DNA of 64,000 nt from Octopus bimaculoides (GCF_001194135.2 NC_068982.1:113365690-113429689), one strand, 5' to 3'; shown: positions 1-13,240, numbered from the stretch's first letter. Notes: generated by a model not told the origin, from the sequence alone. Numbers and translations: made by a program.

Positions 1-354
1 TCTCCAACATACTGAAAATTTAGAAATAGCAGTCAAAGAACTACTGATTCCAAACTACAAATTTTTCTCTAAAGTGGATGGCGATATTTATGGCACACAT
101 AGAACAAAAAACCGGAGGGAAAAGCGTAAACAAACCAAGCCTTTAGTTAATTGGATACGAATCGTTTCATGGTTAAGTGAATGGAAATTTCACTATTCCA
201 ATCTTCAGCCCAAATATTCTGATAAATTTGAAAGTGTCTTTAAAAAAATTCACGGTAATGTTTGGCCATGCGACACCAGAAATCAACGATTAGAAAGGCA
301 CTTACGAATTCATCGGCTAGCGAGTTCAGGCACCTCACCTCAAAGAAATCTATT

Positions 355-358
355 CTTG

Positions 359-391
<33 letters not shown>

Positions 392-625
392 ATACATATA
401 TGTACATATATACATGTACATACATATATATATACATATATGTATACATACATATACATATATACATATATACACGCATGTATATCTATATATATGCGTC
501 TGTGTCTGTGTACACGTGCGAGGGTGCATATGCATATATGTATACATACACATATATACATGCATATCTATATACACACATATATACATGCATATATACA
601 TATAAATGCCTTCATACGAGCAAAT
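355..625. repeat. Compound (TA)n/(TACA)n/(CA)n microsatellite
   Basis: Directly visible degenerate TA/CA dinucleotide tract; explains the YI/HT-rich ORFs at 74-712. Confidence 0.95.
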
Positions 626-3600
626 GCATATACATGCAAGTATATGCATATTTATGTTTCGTTCACTTCTTATACTGATGGTAAACGTGATAGAAGATAT
701 ACAGTCTCATAAACATTCAAGTAATAATAACTTTTAGCCATAAAGCTACAATTATATAAACTACGCTGTGATATAGCATATCTCTCATTAATCTAGTCAC
801 TAAAATATGTTAATTTCCATACCTACTCGTGTACAATATTATCCACGTATTTTGTAATTCTCTCATCGATACTTCAGTAATTATGAAGAAGTATATACTT
901 CTTGATGAAGTCTAATAAAACAAATACGTGTCGGAATTTGCCTACTGTAAAAATCGAAATAATATTAATCATTGACTGTTTAGGTTTATATCGCTCACTG
1001 TATCAAACATGTTGACCTTAAATTGTCTATTGATTTGCGAACAGATTGCCTCCCCGTGTTCTCTCGCCAGTTTATTATGTAAAATAGATGAATGAATGTT
1101 GATTTTATAATTTTAAAAGATGTCAATCATTTAGTATAATGAATTGTCCTTGCATAGGAATCAAAACATGCCAAGCATACATGTCTGGAATTTATGTTAT
1201 AATATCAGCGGTTTGTAGCATCAGTACAAGACCAGGATTCCAGAGAGCACACAGGTGATTATGTCATCTGCATGTATTTGCCATTGAGGGTTGAGATCTG
1301 CGAAGGCAAAATCGGTTGTAGAGAACCTGTCAGCTTGTATTCTACAGTTAATACAAATGCCTTTGCTTCTAATTAAGGGATTCATACCTAGGCTAGAATC
1401 CACTTCAAATACACACAGCCGTGTTCATTATTCATTTCATTTATTTTCATTGAAGGAATGAAAGTAGTTTTATTTGAAAAATAGTTTTCGTTGCGAAATT
1501 CGGAAGAATAGATTTGAAAATAATAATATAACTAATGTTAATTTAAAATTATCTAGTACTTAATAGATAAAATTTCCCACTAAACTTAAGAAAAAAAATG
1601 CACTGCCGAAACGTACAAGGTCGAAACTCAAATGCAATCGACATGTTGAGTAAATACAAAATTTTAAGTAGTTCTTCTCATTTATGCTCCAAAATTCAGT
1701 AAATATATTGTTGAAAGGACATAATTTGAATTATTTCTATAATAACAGAAGAAGAGAATACCTCAGAAGAACTTTATCCTTGATGGATCGGTTATTTGCA
1801 CGAAAACTAGTGTGGATGCCTTACATACTTTATAACTCGAGCAGATATCTTGTGAAACCTCAATTTTCCGCAGCTCTAAAACCGTTAAAACGCAAGACAG
1901 TTATCATAATTGAAGTCTAATGTGGATAGGCTGCTGAACAGACATGCTTTTGAGTAAAATAAAAAAAAATATAGAAATCACTAAAACAATTATATTATTT
2001 TCAGTTATATTTAACTTTATCAGTTTCCTATCGTTCTCAACTGCTGTGAATCTCGACTTATCTGACTTCTGAAATTTCACAAATAAAATTATCCATGAAA
2101 TTTAAATTCCAGAATTGCACTGATTAAACCGAGAAGACTGAAATGCGAATGCGATTATAATATTATAGAATAACAAAAAAAAAATACATTAATCATCTTA
2201 TTATTTGCTTTTTTTTCTAATTGAATCCTCTAAATTTCTTAAAGAAAATAGATTTTTAAAAAATACCTTCATTCATTTTGTTAAAAGAAAATAAAACGAT
2301 AAAAAACACAGATGTTTATACTAAAGGGATTTTCATACCAACATGAATCAGTAGTTTTCGTGTAAAGTAGTTTCTGATCGCTATACAACACAGACTGAAA
2401 GCTTCTACGAATTTGCAATCAAATTTTCCAGAGTTAAACATGCGTAAGATGGCCAGTGGATCACTACAATAAAAGTCTTAATGCACCAATACTATTTTAT
2501 TTGATTATCTATTTCTAAATATTGTTCACTTTTATTATCTTTTTATGTTACGTATTTCGGCTTTTAGTCTTCTTTTATTCTGCTTTTTATGTTGTTTTCT
2601 TTTGTTGTATTTCTACCTTATTTATGGACATAGTAGGGTTAACATACAGAATATTAGTTTAGAAATAAATTAATACAGATTCGTATAAAAAAGGTTTAAA
2701 GTAAACATCTTAATACAGTTGAGGTTTATGAAACATTTGTGCTGTATTTGTGTATATCACTATATTTGAAGCATATAATATAGACGATATAACGTTGATG
2801 TCTCTGAAAAATAGTACTTTTTTAAATCACACAATATTTTAAGTAAGTTGACAAACAAACATGTAAGATTTCCCTTTCTACCTGAATCGATCGGATACAT
2901 TGATAGTTTCGATACACTACACCTACATCCATTACCACCTGTACATGCTCACTAACATGTAAATATGTGCCTCGAATATACTGAAGTTTGCAATGTGTAG
3001 ACGTAACTTTTCAAAACATGGAAACATAAAATAATACGCAATGCCATCTGATAATACCATTTTGGGGATAAAATTCGTAAGTCATTTTCTGTAAGAACTT
3101 TGAAAAAGTATCTTTAGAACGATATACTCATTTCCTCTTTTTGGTTACAATTTTCTTTTTTTCGTTCTTTATAAGTTTTCTATTTTTCAATATACCTTCT
3201 TCTTTAGTTTCATTGTTCTTATCTAATTACCTTTGACACTAACTTTTCCGTTGGCAATTTGGCTTTTCTTATCAGGTGTATTTCAGTCAGAAACTATCTA
3301 ATCTTATTGGTGTGTGTTAATTTTCCTATTGGCAAATGTCAATGTCAGCACATCAGCCGATGGTCATTCTATCATTAATGGCGTCCAAAACACGAGAAAT
3401 ACTTGTAGCCAATTTCATCCATTGCCAGACCATTATGGTCACAAATAACGTTCTTGTCGCAGTAGTTCTACAAAAAACACTTGGTCTTGATGTATTTATA
3501 GGCAAAACATACTAATGGACAGCAACGCTGTCTCGTGTCTCAAGTCTCAATGTATTAAACTATACTAAGAATTGTGTGTGTTCTTCCAAAAGTTTTGATA

Positions 3601-6600
3601 GTTTGAATATTTTTCACTTGATATATATGATATATATATATATGTATGTATGTATCTATATATATATATATATATNNNNNNNNNNNNNNNNNNNNNNNNN
3701 NNNNNNNNNNNNNNNNNNNNNNNNNNNNNNNNNNNNNNNNNNNNNNNNNNNNNNNNNNNNNNNNNNNNNNNNNNNNNNNNNNNNNNNNNNNNNNNNNNNN
3801 NNNNNNNNNNNNNNNNNNNNNNNNNNNNNNNNNNNNNNNNNNNNNNNNNNNNNNNNNNNNNNNNNNNNNNNNNNNNNNNNNNNNNNNNNNNNNNNNNNNN
3901 NNNNNNNNNNNNNNNNNNNNNNNNNNNNNNNNNNNNNNNNNNNNNNNNNNNNNNNNNNNNNNNNNNNNNNNNNNNNNNNNNNNNNNNNNNNNNNNNNNNN
4001 NNNNNNNNNNNNNNNNNNNNNNNNNNNNNNNNNNNNNNNNNNNNNNNNNNNNNNNNNNNNNNNNNNNNNNNNNNNNNNNNNNNNNNNNNNNNNNNNNNNN
4101 NNNNNNNNNNNNNNNNNNNNNNNNNNNNNNNNNNNNNNNNNNNNNNNNNNNNNNNNNNNNNNNNNNNNNNNNNNNNNNNNNNNNNNNNNNNNNNNNNNNN
4201 NNNNNNNNNNNNNNNNNNNNNNNNNNNNNNNNNNNNNNNNNNNNNNNNNNNNNNNNNNNNNNNNNATATATACATATATATATATATATACACATACACA
4301 GACACACACATATATATACATATACATACATATACATACACACTCACATAAACTTGTATACACAATCATATACACACATGTATATTTACACACACACATA
4401 CATCTAAATATGGACATGTATTTTTTTATAAAAAATACATCTACACAAATATGCTCCCATACTTATTCACAAGTACACTCATATATGAATATATAAATAA
4501 ACCTACGTGTAAATAAATACGTCTTTACACAAAAATGTACATACATCCAAAAAATCATATGTAAATCCATATTGATATATATATTTAAAAATAATATTAA
4601 TAAGAGTAAAAATAAGGGTAAAAGTAAAAATATAAATGATAATGCGTATATGTACACAAAAAAGTCAATATAAACCTCTAGTTTATACAAAACCCTGAAT
4701 ATGTATACACAGACACACACATACACATTTTCTCTCACAGATACACGCGTATATATAAAAACACCCATACCGGTATATTCAAACGTACATAAATTTTGTA
4801 TGTTTTGGTTGTTACAAGAGTTTATCAGGATTTTAAATATGCTCTAATTTAGGTTAATAAATTACGAAAGTTTCGATAAATAATTTGAATCTTAAATAAT
4901 TTTAATCGTCTAACTTTTGAGGGAATAATAGTATGTTTTATTAGAACTATTTGAAGAATTTACTTATTACGGGTAAATATGATAGCGTTTAATAAAAACA
5001 TTGACTGTTATTTAAATGCTGAAAATGTATGTTTTTGCCAGTGTTTACATCTGTAAGAATGTTCTATGAAAGTATTTACCAGGTTATTCTTTGAAAATAA
5101 AATAAAGAGGAGTTCTGTAACACAAATATTGCAAAATTTTCCACCCTTTTCATATAGCTTAGAAATAGAAAGAATAAGCCAGTCTAGTTTAAATTTAATG
5201 TTATTATCTTTAAGATCTTTTTAGAGATAGAAACAAACGTAATTCCACGAGCCTTAGCACGTTAATTGAATGAGGATGGCCTAAAGTTGATCGTACAAAT
5301 GGAATTTCATGGTCGAAAATTTCAAAAGTATGCATCTGTTCATACATACATCCATCCATACATACATACATGCACACGTACATACATACATACATGCATA
5401 CCTAATTATGTACATACATACATGCAGGCAGACCCCTTTCCTTGGAGTAGCCACCTGATTTTGCCATTTTTAAAGACCAAGAAACAACTTGTCATCTATT
5501 GAAAGAACTAACCAGCTGTATAGATGTAAACACATTTTTCTTCTTTCTCTCTTCCTTCTTTCTTTCCTTCTCTTTTCCATTGACACTCCTTTCAGATGCA
5601 CAGGCACACTCACACACACACACACACACAAACAAACACACGCACTCTCTCTCACTTTCTCCCCATTCCTCACCCTCTTTCACTATCCTATACACCCCAC
5701 ATTACTTTTTCTCCCCCCCTCTCTCTCCCCACCCCTACACACTCAATAATACTATAAAAAGAGACGAATCCCTTCAAAGCATATTTAAATCTGAAGAATC
5801 TATTAGAGTAGATTAATAAAAATCTGTAAATGCACAANNNNNNNNNNNNNNNNNNNNNNNNNNNNNNNNNNNNNNNNNNNNNNNNNNNNNNNNNNNNNNN
5901 NNNNNNNNNNNNNNNNNNNNNNNNNNNNNNNNNNNNNNNNNNNNNNNNNNNNNNNNNNNNNNNNNNNNNNNNNNNNNNNNNNNNNNNNNNNNNNNNNNNN
6001 NNNNNNNNNNNNNNNNNNNNNNNNNNNNNNNNNNNNNNNNNNNNNNNNNNNNNNNNNNNNNNNNNNNNNNNNNNNNNNNNNNNNNNNNNNNNNNNNNNNN
6101 NNNNNNNNNNNNNNNNNNNNNNNNNNNNNNNNNNNNNNNNNNNNNNNNNNNNNNNNNNNNNNNNNNNNNNNNNNNNNNNNNNNNNNNNNNNNNNNNNNNN
6201 NNNNNNNNNNNNNNNNNNNNNNNNNNNNNNNNNNNNNNNNNNNNNNNNNNNNNNNNNNNNNNNNNNNNNNNNNNNNNNNNNNNNNNNNNNNNNNNNNNNN
6301 NNNNNNNNNNNNNNNNNNNNNNNNNNNNNNNNNNNNNNNNNNNNNNNNNNNNNNNNNNNNNNNNNNNNNNNNNNNNNNNNNNNNNNNNNNNNNNNNNNNN
6401 NNNNNNNNNNNNNNNNNNNNNNNNNNNNNNNNNNNNNNNNNNNNNNNNNNNNNNNNNNNNNNNNNNNNNNNNNNNNNNNNNNNNNNNNNNNNNNNNNNNN
6501 NNNNNNNNNNNNNNNNNNNNNNNNNNNNNNNNNNNNNNNNNNNNNNNNNNNNNNNNNNNNNNNNNNNNNNNNNNNNNNNNNNNNNNNNNNNNNNNNNNNN

Positions 6601-7469
6601 NNNNNNNNNNNNNNNNNNNNNNNNNNNNNNNNNNNNNNNNNNNNNNNNNNNNNNNNNNNNNNNNNNNNNNNNNNNNNNNNNNNNNNNNNNNNNNNNNNNN
6701 NNNNNNNNNNNNNNNNNNNNNNNNNNNNNNNNNNNNNNNNNNNNNNNNNNNNNNNNNNNNNNNNNNNNNNNNNNNNNNNNNNNNNNNNNNNNNNNNNNNN
6801 NNNNNNNNNNNNNNATATATATATATATATATATATATACACCTATAACTTTACAATATAGGTAAAATAAATAACAGTCGTGCACTTCGTTGATTGAATA
6901 GACAGTAACCCTCACCAACAAAGGAACCCTTTGCCCTTATGTTAAGGATTGATATGTGTAACAAGAAAGAGGTCTGACATTTTCGCCGAGAGACACTTTT
7001 CGCCCTATCTTTCGAATAGGTGTTTCCGATCCTTTTCTCCAAAAATCAAGTGAATTACCCCTTCCAGTGTCATTGAGATTTTGTGTGGTTAATCTATTAC
7101 GATTTTTTATTCTTTAAGATTTAGTGATGTCATCCTTATTTCGGTGTAGTTTAAACATTGACCCTGTGTTTTCCTCTCCACAATTATAATAGTCTGGATT
7201 TATGAAAACGTTCTAGTTTGCCATATAAAGTATATTCGTGCTTCCTCAACAAATCACTACATTTTGAGCATCATGAATGTGAAATAGTTTTAGACAAACT
7301 CTGCTGAAACCGAATATTTCTGGCCTGTGATAAATAATGTTTACATCACACTATTGTTAATATTTCAGTGAGGAAATATTTCTCTGTTTTTTCTGTCTCA
7401 CGATATATTAAAATGTACACCTGGTCTGAAGATGCCAGGCTTTCTATTTAATTATGTGAATTATAACTA

Positions 7470-7635
7470 GTTAGCAACTCTGTGCTGATTATTGGTGTCT
7501 CAGATAGACAATGGCCGTATGCCAAATAACCAATATTGCTGCCATAATCATCTAGCGACAACAGTTCTAGCAGAAAGTACGTCTAAGTGTATTAACTGAC
7601 ATCCTGTTAGGTGACGTCACATTTACGTCAATGGC
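7470..7635. promoter_or_regulatory. Candidate cis-regulatory cluster: perfect CRE palindrome, adjacent variant CRE, two CCAAT boxes
   Basis: GTGACGTCAC at 7611-7620, TTACGTCA at 7623-7630, ATTGG at 7491-7495, CCAAT at 7530-7534. Motif match only. Confidence 0.3.
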
Positions 7636-9060
7636 TTTAGTTAACACATACATATATTTTGAATATGAAAACTAAAAAGGAAATTGCCTTTTTCCTTCAA
7701 ACTGATTCTTGTTATAGAGTTTTACTTATATTTCAGCTAAGATAGTTTTTGGAATCATATATATTTTTATGTCAATGATTATTCTAACTTGTGATCGATA
7801 AAGATAGATACAAATAAACTTCAAGACGTATCAAATATACCATTTTCATTTATTGTCAAGTATCAGAAATGGAATTCGCGGGTACCACATAACCATCCTT
7901 AATTTGTATTTAAATGCGCCGTTTTATTTGCAACTCACTTGTTAAATTGAGCAATATGTTACTGATCCTTAGTTTAGAAATTTAAAAATAATAAACTAAT
8001 ATGGCTTTGTATAAAATCTTAACTTTGAAAAGCCTCCGTAAAGCATTATTATAAGATATTAATATTAGTGATAAATACTTCGATGCATAACTATAATTTT
8101 GCTACTTGTCAGTCATTGGTCATTAAAGCATAGAAATATGATTCCGATTTCTGTTTTCAATTATACTTCCATTGTCCTTATTGATTTTCATAAGAAGCTC
8201 CTAATAAGCCTTACCTTTTCCCCTGACAAATGATTTCGTATTCAACCATTTGAAATAAAATTTATGGGTTTTCCTGACTTTTCTCAGATTCATTTTGAAA
8301 TACAAATAAATATTTACCCTATTTTACTTTCTTTCTCATGTAATTTATACCTTCATATTAAGTTGTTCTGTAATGAAACGATGCTAATTTCTTTATTATT
8401 TGCACTGATTAGTAATTTGTTGCAACAATGGTGACTTATTTAAGACTGAGAAAGTTGTTTTATTCTTGACGACAAATCGCTATCTAATCATCCCAGGAAT
8501 ATGATTCCTTTTGATCTCCTCATTCGAGCATTTGTTTTCATTTCATACTTTATTGGTTCTTTGAGTGATGACAGGTAATGTCCGTAGTCAAATCAGGGCT
8601 CACTAATCTGTGCAATAGATTCCTATGCTCAAAATCAGTCATCGAAGTCAGTGATTGTGAAAACTTCATTGTTTGTTATTGAAGAGAAATGGTTTTAACT
8701 GGAAGTTAAAGTTGATGAAAATGAAATTTGGTAAAAAGGTCTCACCGGGGACCTTCTAAAAATTCAAAAAGTGAAGTGTTTAGTCGGTGTCCATCAGAAA
8801 GAAATTTCGTGTTGGAAACGTGGCCTGCCCTGCTTAACGGTTAGTGAATGAACAACGTACATAGACTGACTCATTTCGGACAAAACTAGAACCATTCAAA
8901 AGAGCTAACTCCGTCTCCCCCAGAAAAGGTTTTCGCTTCGATATATTTTATTCCATGTTTTTTTTTTATCTTTTAGTACCATGCTCATCAAGTCTATTCT
9001 TTTCTCCATTAGTAAAGATGCTCTGTTCCCCCAGACACATTAGTAAAGATGCTAAGTGCA

Positions 9061-9190
9061 CATATATGTAGGCAGAGTAATTGGTGGAGGTTCATTTTTC
9101 ATGGATTCACAAGTTAGATTTGAGCTCAGCAAAAGAAAGGCATGGACTGTTACAAACTGTGCACACAAAAAGGTCACTGCGATTCACCTT
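9061..9190 (-). mobile_element. Short RTE LINE 3' fragment (copy of 10935-11062, first C2H2 finger)
   Basis: About 130 bp, roughly 90-95% identical by eye to 10935-11062; minus strand reads DLFVCTVCNSPCLSFAELKSNL*IHEK. Confidence 0.85.
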
Positions 9191-9319
9191 CTCGACCTTA
9201 TTGCAGGAGGAACATTACATTTTTACTGATTTATGAACAACCGACACATATATATATATAAATGTTCAAAAAACTATTCACAGCCTTGGATTTCTTTCAA
9301 CTCATTCTGCTATTTTATA

Positions 9320-9350
<31 letters not shown>

Positions 9351-9892
9351 NNNNNNNNNNNNNNNNNNNNNNNNNNNNNNNNNNNNNNNNNNNNNNNNNN
9401 NNNNNNNNNNNNNNNNNNNNNNNNNNNNNNNNNNNNNNNNNNNNNNNNNNNNNNNNNNNNNNNNNNNNNNNNNNNNNNNNNNNNNNNNNNNNNNNNNNNN
9501 NNNNNNNNNNNNNNNNNNNNNNNNNNNNNNNNNNNNNNNNNNNNNNNNNNNNNNNNNNNNNNNNNNNNNNNNNNNNNNNNNNNNNNNNNNNNNNNNNNNN
9601 NNNNNNNNNNNNNNNNNNNNNNNNNNNNNNNNNNNNNNNNNNNNNNNNNNNNNNNNNNNNNNNNNNNNNNNNNNNNNNNNNNNNNNNNNNNNNNNNNNNN
9701 NNNNNNNNNNNNNNNNNNNNNNNNNNNNNNNNNNNNNNNNNNNNNNNNNNNNNNNNNNNNNNNNNNNNNNNNNNNNNNNNNNNNNNNNNNNNNNNNNNNN
9801 NNNNNNNNNNNNNNNNNNNNNNNNNNNNNNNNNNNNNNNNNNNNNNNNNNNNNNNNNNNNNNNNNNNNNNNNNNNNNNNNNNNNNNNNNNNN

Positions 9893-10672
9893 ATACAGAC
9901 GAAGACAGAAAACGAACTTTTTTTCGAACAACGAAAAAAACAAACAGAGAAACGAGACATGCAACATAAAGAATATTTCGCTTCTTCAGTTGTCCCTGTT
10001 CCATCTATTCCGCGTTTCGAAGGCAAGGACATTACGCGACTTCGTTGGAACAGTCCTTCCCGCAAAGCAAATTAAATAAAATTTGGAATTTTTTGCAGAG
10101 GGTGAAAGTGTAAAGAACAGGACAGTGAGAACAAGACAGTAAAAACAAGACAGAACAGTGAAAACAAACGGTAAGGGCTGTTAGGCCAAGACGATGGAAA
10201 CATTATTCTTTTGAACACTAGTTAGATGTGACTGAGAGACAAAAAAGCACGTCATCTCTATAGGACGGCAGGAAATAGAAAGAAAGAATCCCTTTCGTCA
10301 CGTGTCAGCGACGATAGGGTCAAGGAGGAGGAGGAGGAGTGAGAGAAAGAGGGAACGGTAAACGGAAGAGAACAGTAGGGAAAGGTTGGGAGAGAAAATC
10401 AGAAAGGATGAAGAACAAGAGAGGGAGAGAGATAGACAGGGAAGTGATAGTAATAGTAGTAGAGTGCGCAGTAGTAATTATTAAGATAAAACTTACATGG
10501 AGATGGGTGCGTGGCGTTCGATCATATAATAACGTAAATAATATATAAATACAAGCATATATCCATACATATATGTATAAACCTACATCTATATGTATAC
10601 ATACATGCATATATGGGTGCAGGACATCACAAAAAACGTTAAACACAATGAGAAACAAAAACATAAAGACAC
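9893..10672. repeat. Dispersed ~0.8-kb repeat unit, probably a Penelope-associated terminal repeat; related copy at 53600-54530
   Basis: Shared blocks with the 53.6-54.5 kb copy: GATAAAACTTAC...GTGGCGTTC(G/A)ATCATATAAT, GGG(T/C)(G/A)CAGGA(C/T)(A/G)TCAC, CTTC(T/A)TCAGTTGTC, CAAATTAAATAAA, then a purine-rich tract. Confidence 0.65.
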
Positions 10673-10696
10673 ATATATATATATATATATATATAT

Positions 10697-12297
10697 ATGG
10701 TGGTTCTCTACTCGTCATGCAGAGTCTGACCACCTCTTGTACTTACACCTTAGATCCATTATGGCATCTGATGTGGCTTTTTAAACCAGATATTGTATTG
10801 AAAAGAAACCCACATAGATTGCATATCTGATTAGGACTCCCCAAGAGCTACAGTTAAGTTCTGATCTTTGTGAATCTTAAAATGTCCTTAAAATGTCCTA
10901 GACCGTATGGCATACACGACATTGAAAGGTGTACAGATATGTAGGCAGAGTAATTGGTAGAGGTTCATTTTTCATGGATTCACAAGTGAGATTTGAGCTC
11001 AGCAAAAGGAAGGCATGGTTTGTTACAAACTGCGCACACAAAAGGTCACTGAGATTCACCTGAAATTCTTCTTTAAATCTCTCTTGAGTCTTGCATGTGT
11101 CATCCTGGCCTCCTCAAAAGCTTTTACTCCCCTGCACACTTTTGTTTGTCATGCAGCTCGATCCATAGGAAGGGTTTCTATCGCCTTTGGATCCATTCCA
11201 AGTGATTTCATGGTAGTCATTGTGCCGCCTTTAAACCCTTTTTTAGGTGTACACAGATTGCGTTTTCCCTCTGCAGGCTCGCCATAAAAACAACTCTTTG
11301 GGTGTGCGTTCATCTGCCATTCAAACAATATGGCCAGACCATCTCATTTGATTTTTCAGAATCATTGATTTGATTGAAGTGATGCCTGCAGTGACAAAGA
11401 CATCCGTGTCTGGAGGAAAATTGCCCCATTTAATGCTTGAAATCGGCGAAGGCATTTTTGGTAGAATCGTTCTAACAATTTGAAATGTCTTTCATAACAC
11501 CTCAGAAGAATACAACAAGGATGGTAAGACAAACGATTTATAAAGTCCAAATTTTGTGTTGTTATTTATGTCGTTGGCGTCAAACGTGTGGCTTCAAACC
11601 ATCAAATGTTTGTGCTGCCCTTTGAATTCGCAGATTATTTTTGCGTCCAGATTTCCCTCGTTTTGCACAGAGCTTCCGAGGTAGATGAAGGAGTCAACAA
11701 CCTCAAGTAACTTACCCTTAACGAAAGTTTTAGGTGGGTTGCAGACAGTACCAATGCAGGTTGATATATTACATGTATTTTTTTCAAGTTGCTGATTAAG
11801 CCAAAATCATCCCAAGCTGAGTCAAATGCAAATACAAGAGATTGCAGGCCCGTTTTAGAGTGACTGACTGGATCACAATCCTCAGCGTATAAGAGTTTCT
11901 TAATGAGTAAAGAAAAGATCTTTGTTCTTAATTTCAGTCTAGTCAGATTAAAAACATTCTGTGTCTAATATTTTATGTAAATACCCTCCTTGGAGTTTTG
12001 AAAAGCGTGTGACAGTGTAACAGCAAAGTATATTGCAAAGTGGATTGGTGCATCAAGTTCTCTATGCTTTACTCCATTTTTCCTCAGCAAAAGATTCAGA
12101 AAGCCTACCACCAAAATTAATTCTAGCCTTCATATCCTGATGCAAAACCCTGATCATGTTTACAAATTTTTCAGGGCAACCTATTTTCCTTAGAATTAGC
12201 CACAAAGCATTTCAATTAACAGTATCGAATGTCTTGCTCAAAACAAAGCAATGGTTTAGGGAAAGATTCTGCTCAATGAACTTTTCCTGAAATTGCA

Positions 12298-12300
<3 letters not shown>
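10697..12300 (-). mobile_element. 5'-truncated, decayed RTE-clade LINE (RT domain, C-terminus, three C2H2 zinc-finger relics, 3' end)
   Basis: Minus-strand translation with frameshifts gives [51 protein letters not shown] (YADD relic, 11878-11889), LEVVDSFIYLGS, LLERFYQKCLRR, NQMRWSGHIV.MADERTPKEL.YGE..EGKR. The 3' end ...GAGAACCACCAT is followed by a (TA)n tail. Confidence 0.92.
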
Positions 12301-12344
<44 letters not shown>

Positions 12345-12412
12345 CATACATACATACATACATACATACATACATACATACATACATACATACGTACGTA
12401 TGTATGTATGTA
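12301..12412. repeat. (TA)n + (TACA)n microsatellite
   Basis: Direct read; abuts the RTE 5' truncation point. Confidence 0.95.
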
Positions 12413-12624
12413 TAATATTGGTTTCGAATTTCGCCACAAGGCAAGGCATTTCCGGGCGGGGATAAATCGATTACATCGACCTTAGTACCCTACTGGCATT
12501 TATTTTATCCATCCCAAAATGATGAAAAGCAAAATCGACCTCGGCGGAATTTGAACTCAAAACGTAAAGAGGGACGAAATACTGCTGAGCATTTTGCCCG
12601 GCGTTCCATCGAATCTGTCAGCTC
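12412..12624 (-). mobile_element. tRNA-derived SINE, family A (diverged)
   Basis: Reverse complement of the family consensus: GAGTTCAAATTCCGCCGAGGTCGA (B-box), GTCGATGTAATCGA. Confidence 0.85.
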
Positions 12625-12699
12625 TTTATGTATGATATAATGGAGCTTCCGAGTAAAAATAACTGGGAAAACTGTTTGTCATGTGTCTGAATTGTGCGG

Positions 12700-13240
12700 A
12701 GAGGAGCACTGTAGGAGTGTCTTACACGGAAGCAAATGCTTCCGTTAACTTTAGAACAGAAATGTTGCTTCTCTGAACGCAGCCCGGAATGTTTATGTGA
12801 ATACCATCGGCATTGTGCCAGATATGTAAACGAAATCGAACGAATTGCTTTTGAGCAATCAACCACTGATATATTTTTCCCCTTGGAAAGCAAATATAAT
12901 GTTTGTTTAGCATGTAGGCAAGCTGATATTTCGTAGATATGTGATCGCTTCAGATGATCATTAGAGTTACTGGATCCCAGTATTTATCACGAATTTAGGG
13001 TGTGTTTTCTCCTTAATCGACTGCAGTTTAGCATTGCGAAACTATTTTATTTTTTGGTTGTAAATATCGATTACTTTTCGATTGCAAACTTCACCCAAAT
13101 CTGTGTTCAGAAAAATGAACATGAATGTTAAGTGGTATTAAGTTTGCATATGGTTGAGATGAAGGCATGTGATAGGATCATATGAATACAAAGAGGAAAG
13201 AGAGCGATCGATGGACCTTGTGCAACCCCATGAAGTAGCC
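12700..13240 (-). mobile_element. Highly decayed CR1/L2-type LINE reverse-transcriptase fragment
   Basis: Minus strand HGVAQG (13215-13229), then LFVFI and PYAN (relics of GVPQG..PLLF..YADD), later ITYLR (relic of YLG). Confidence 0.45.

Noticed and set aside
74-712. 212-aa ORF containing RLERHLRIH, reminiscent of a C2H2 finger
   Set aside because: No CxxC upstream of the histidines, and the second half is microsatellite translation.
1221-1403. 60-aa ORF in moderately GC-rich DNA
   Set aside because: No recognisable domain or supportable splice structure; may be a very old SINE relic.
5790-5820. CTGAAGA followed by an ATCTA/TAGAT hairpin (similar cases at 28020-28052 and 46668-46692)
   Set aside because: Lacks the GAAA core and stems I/III; not supportable as a hammerhead.
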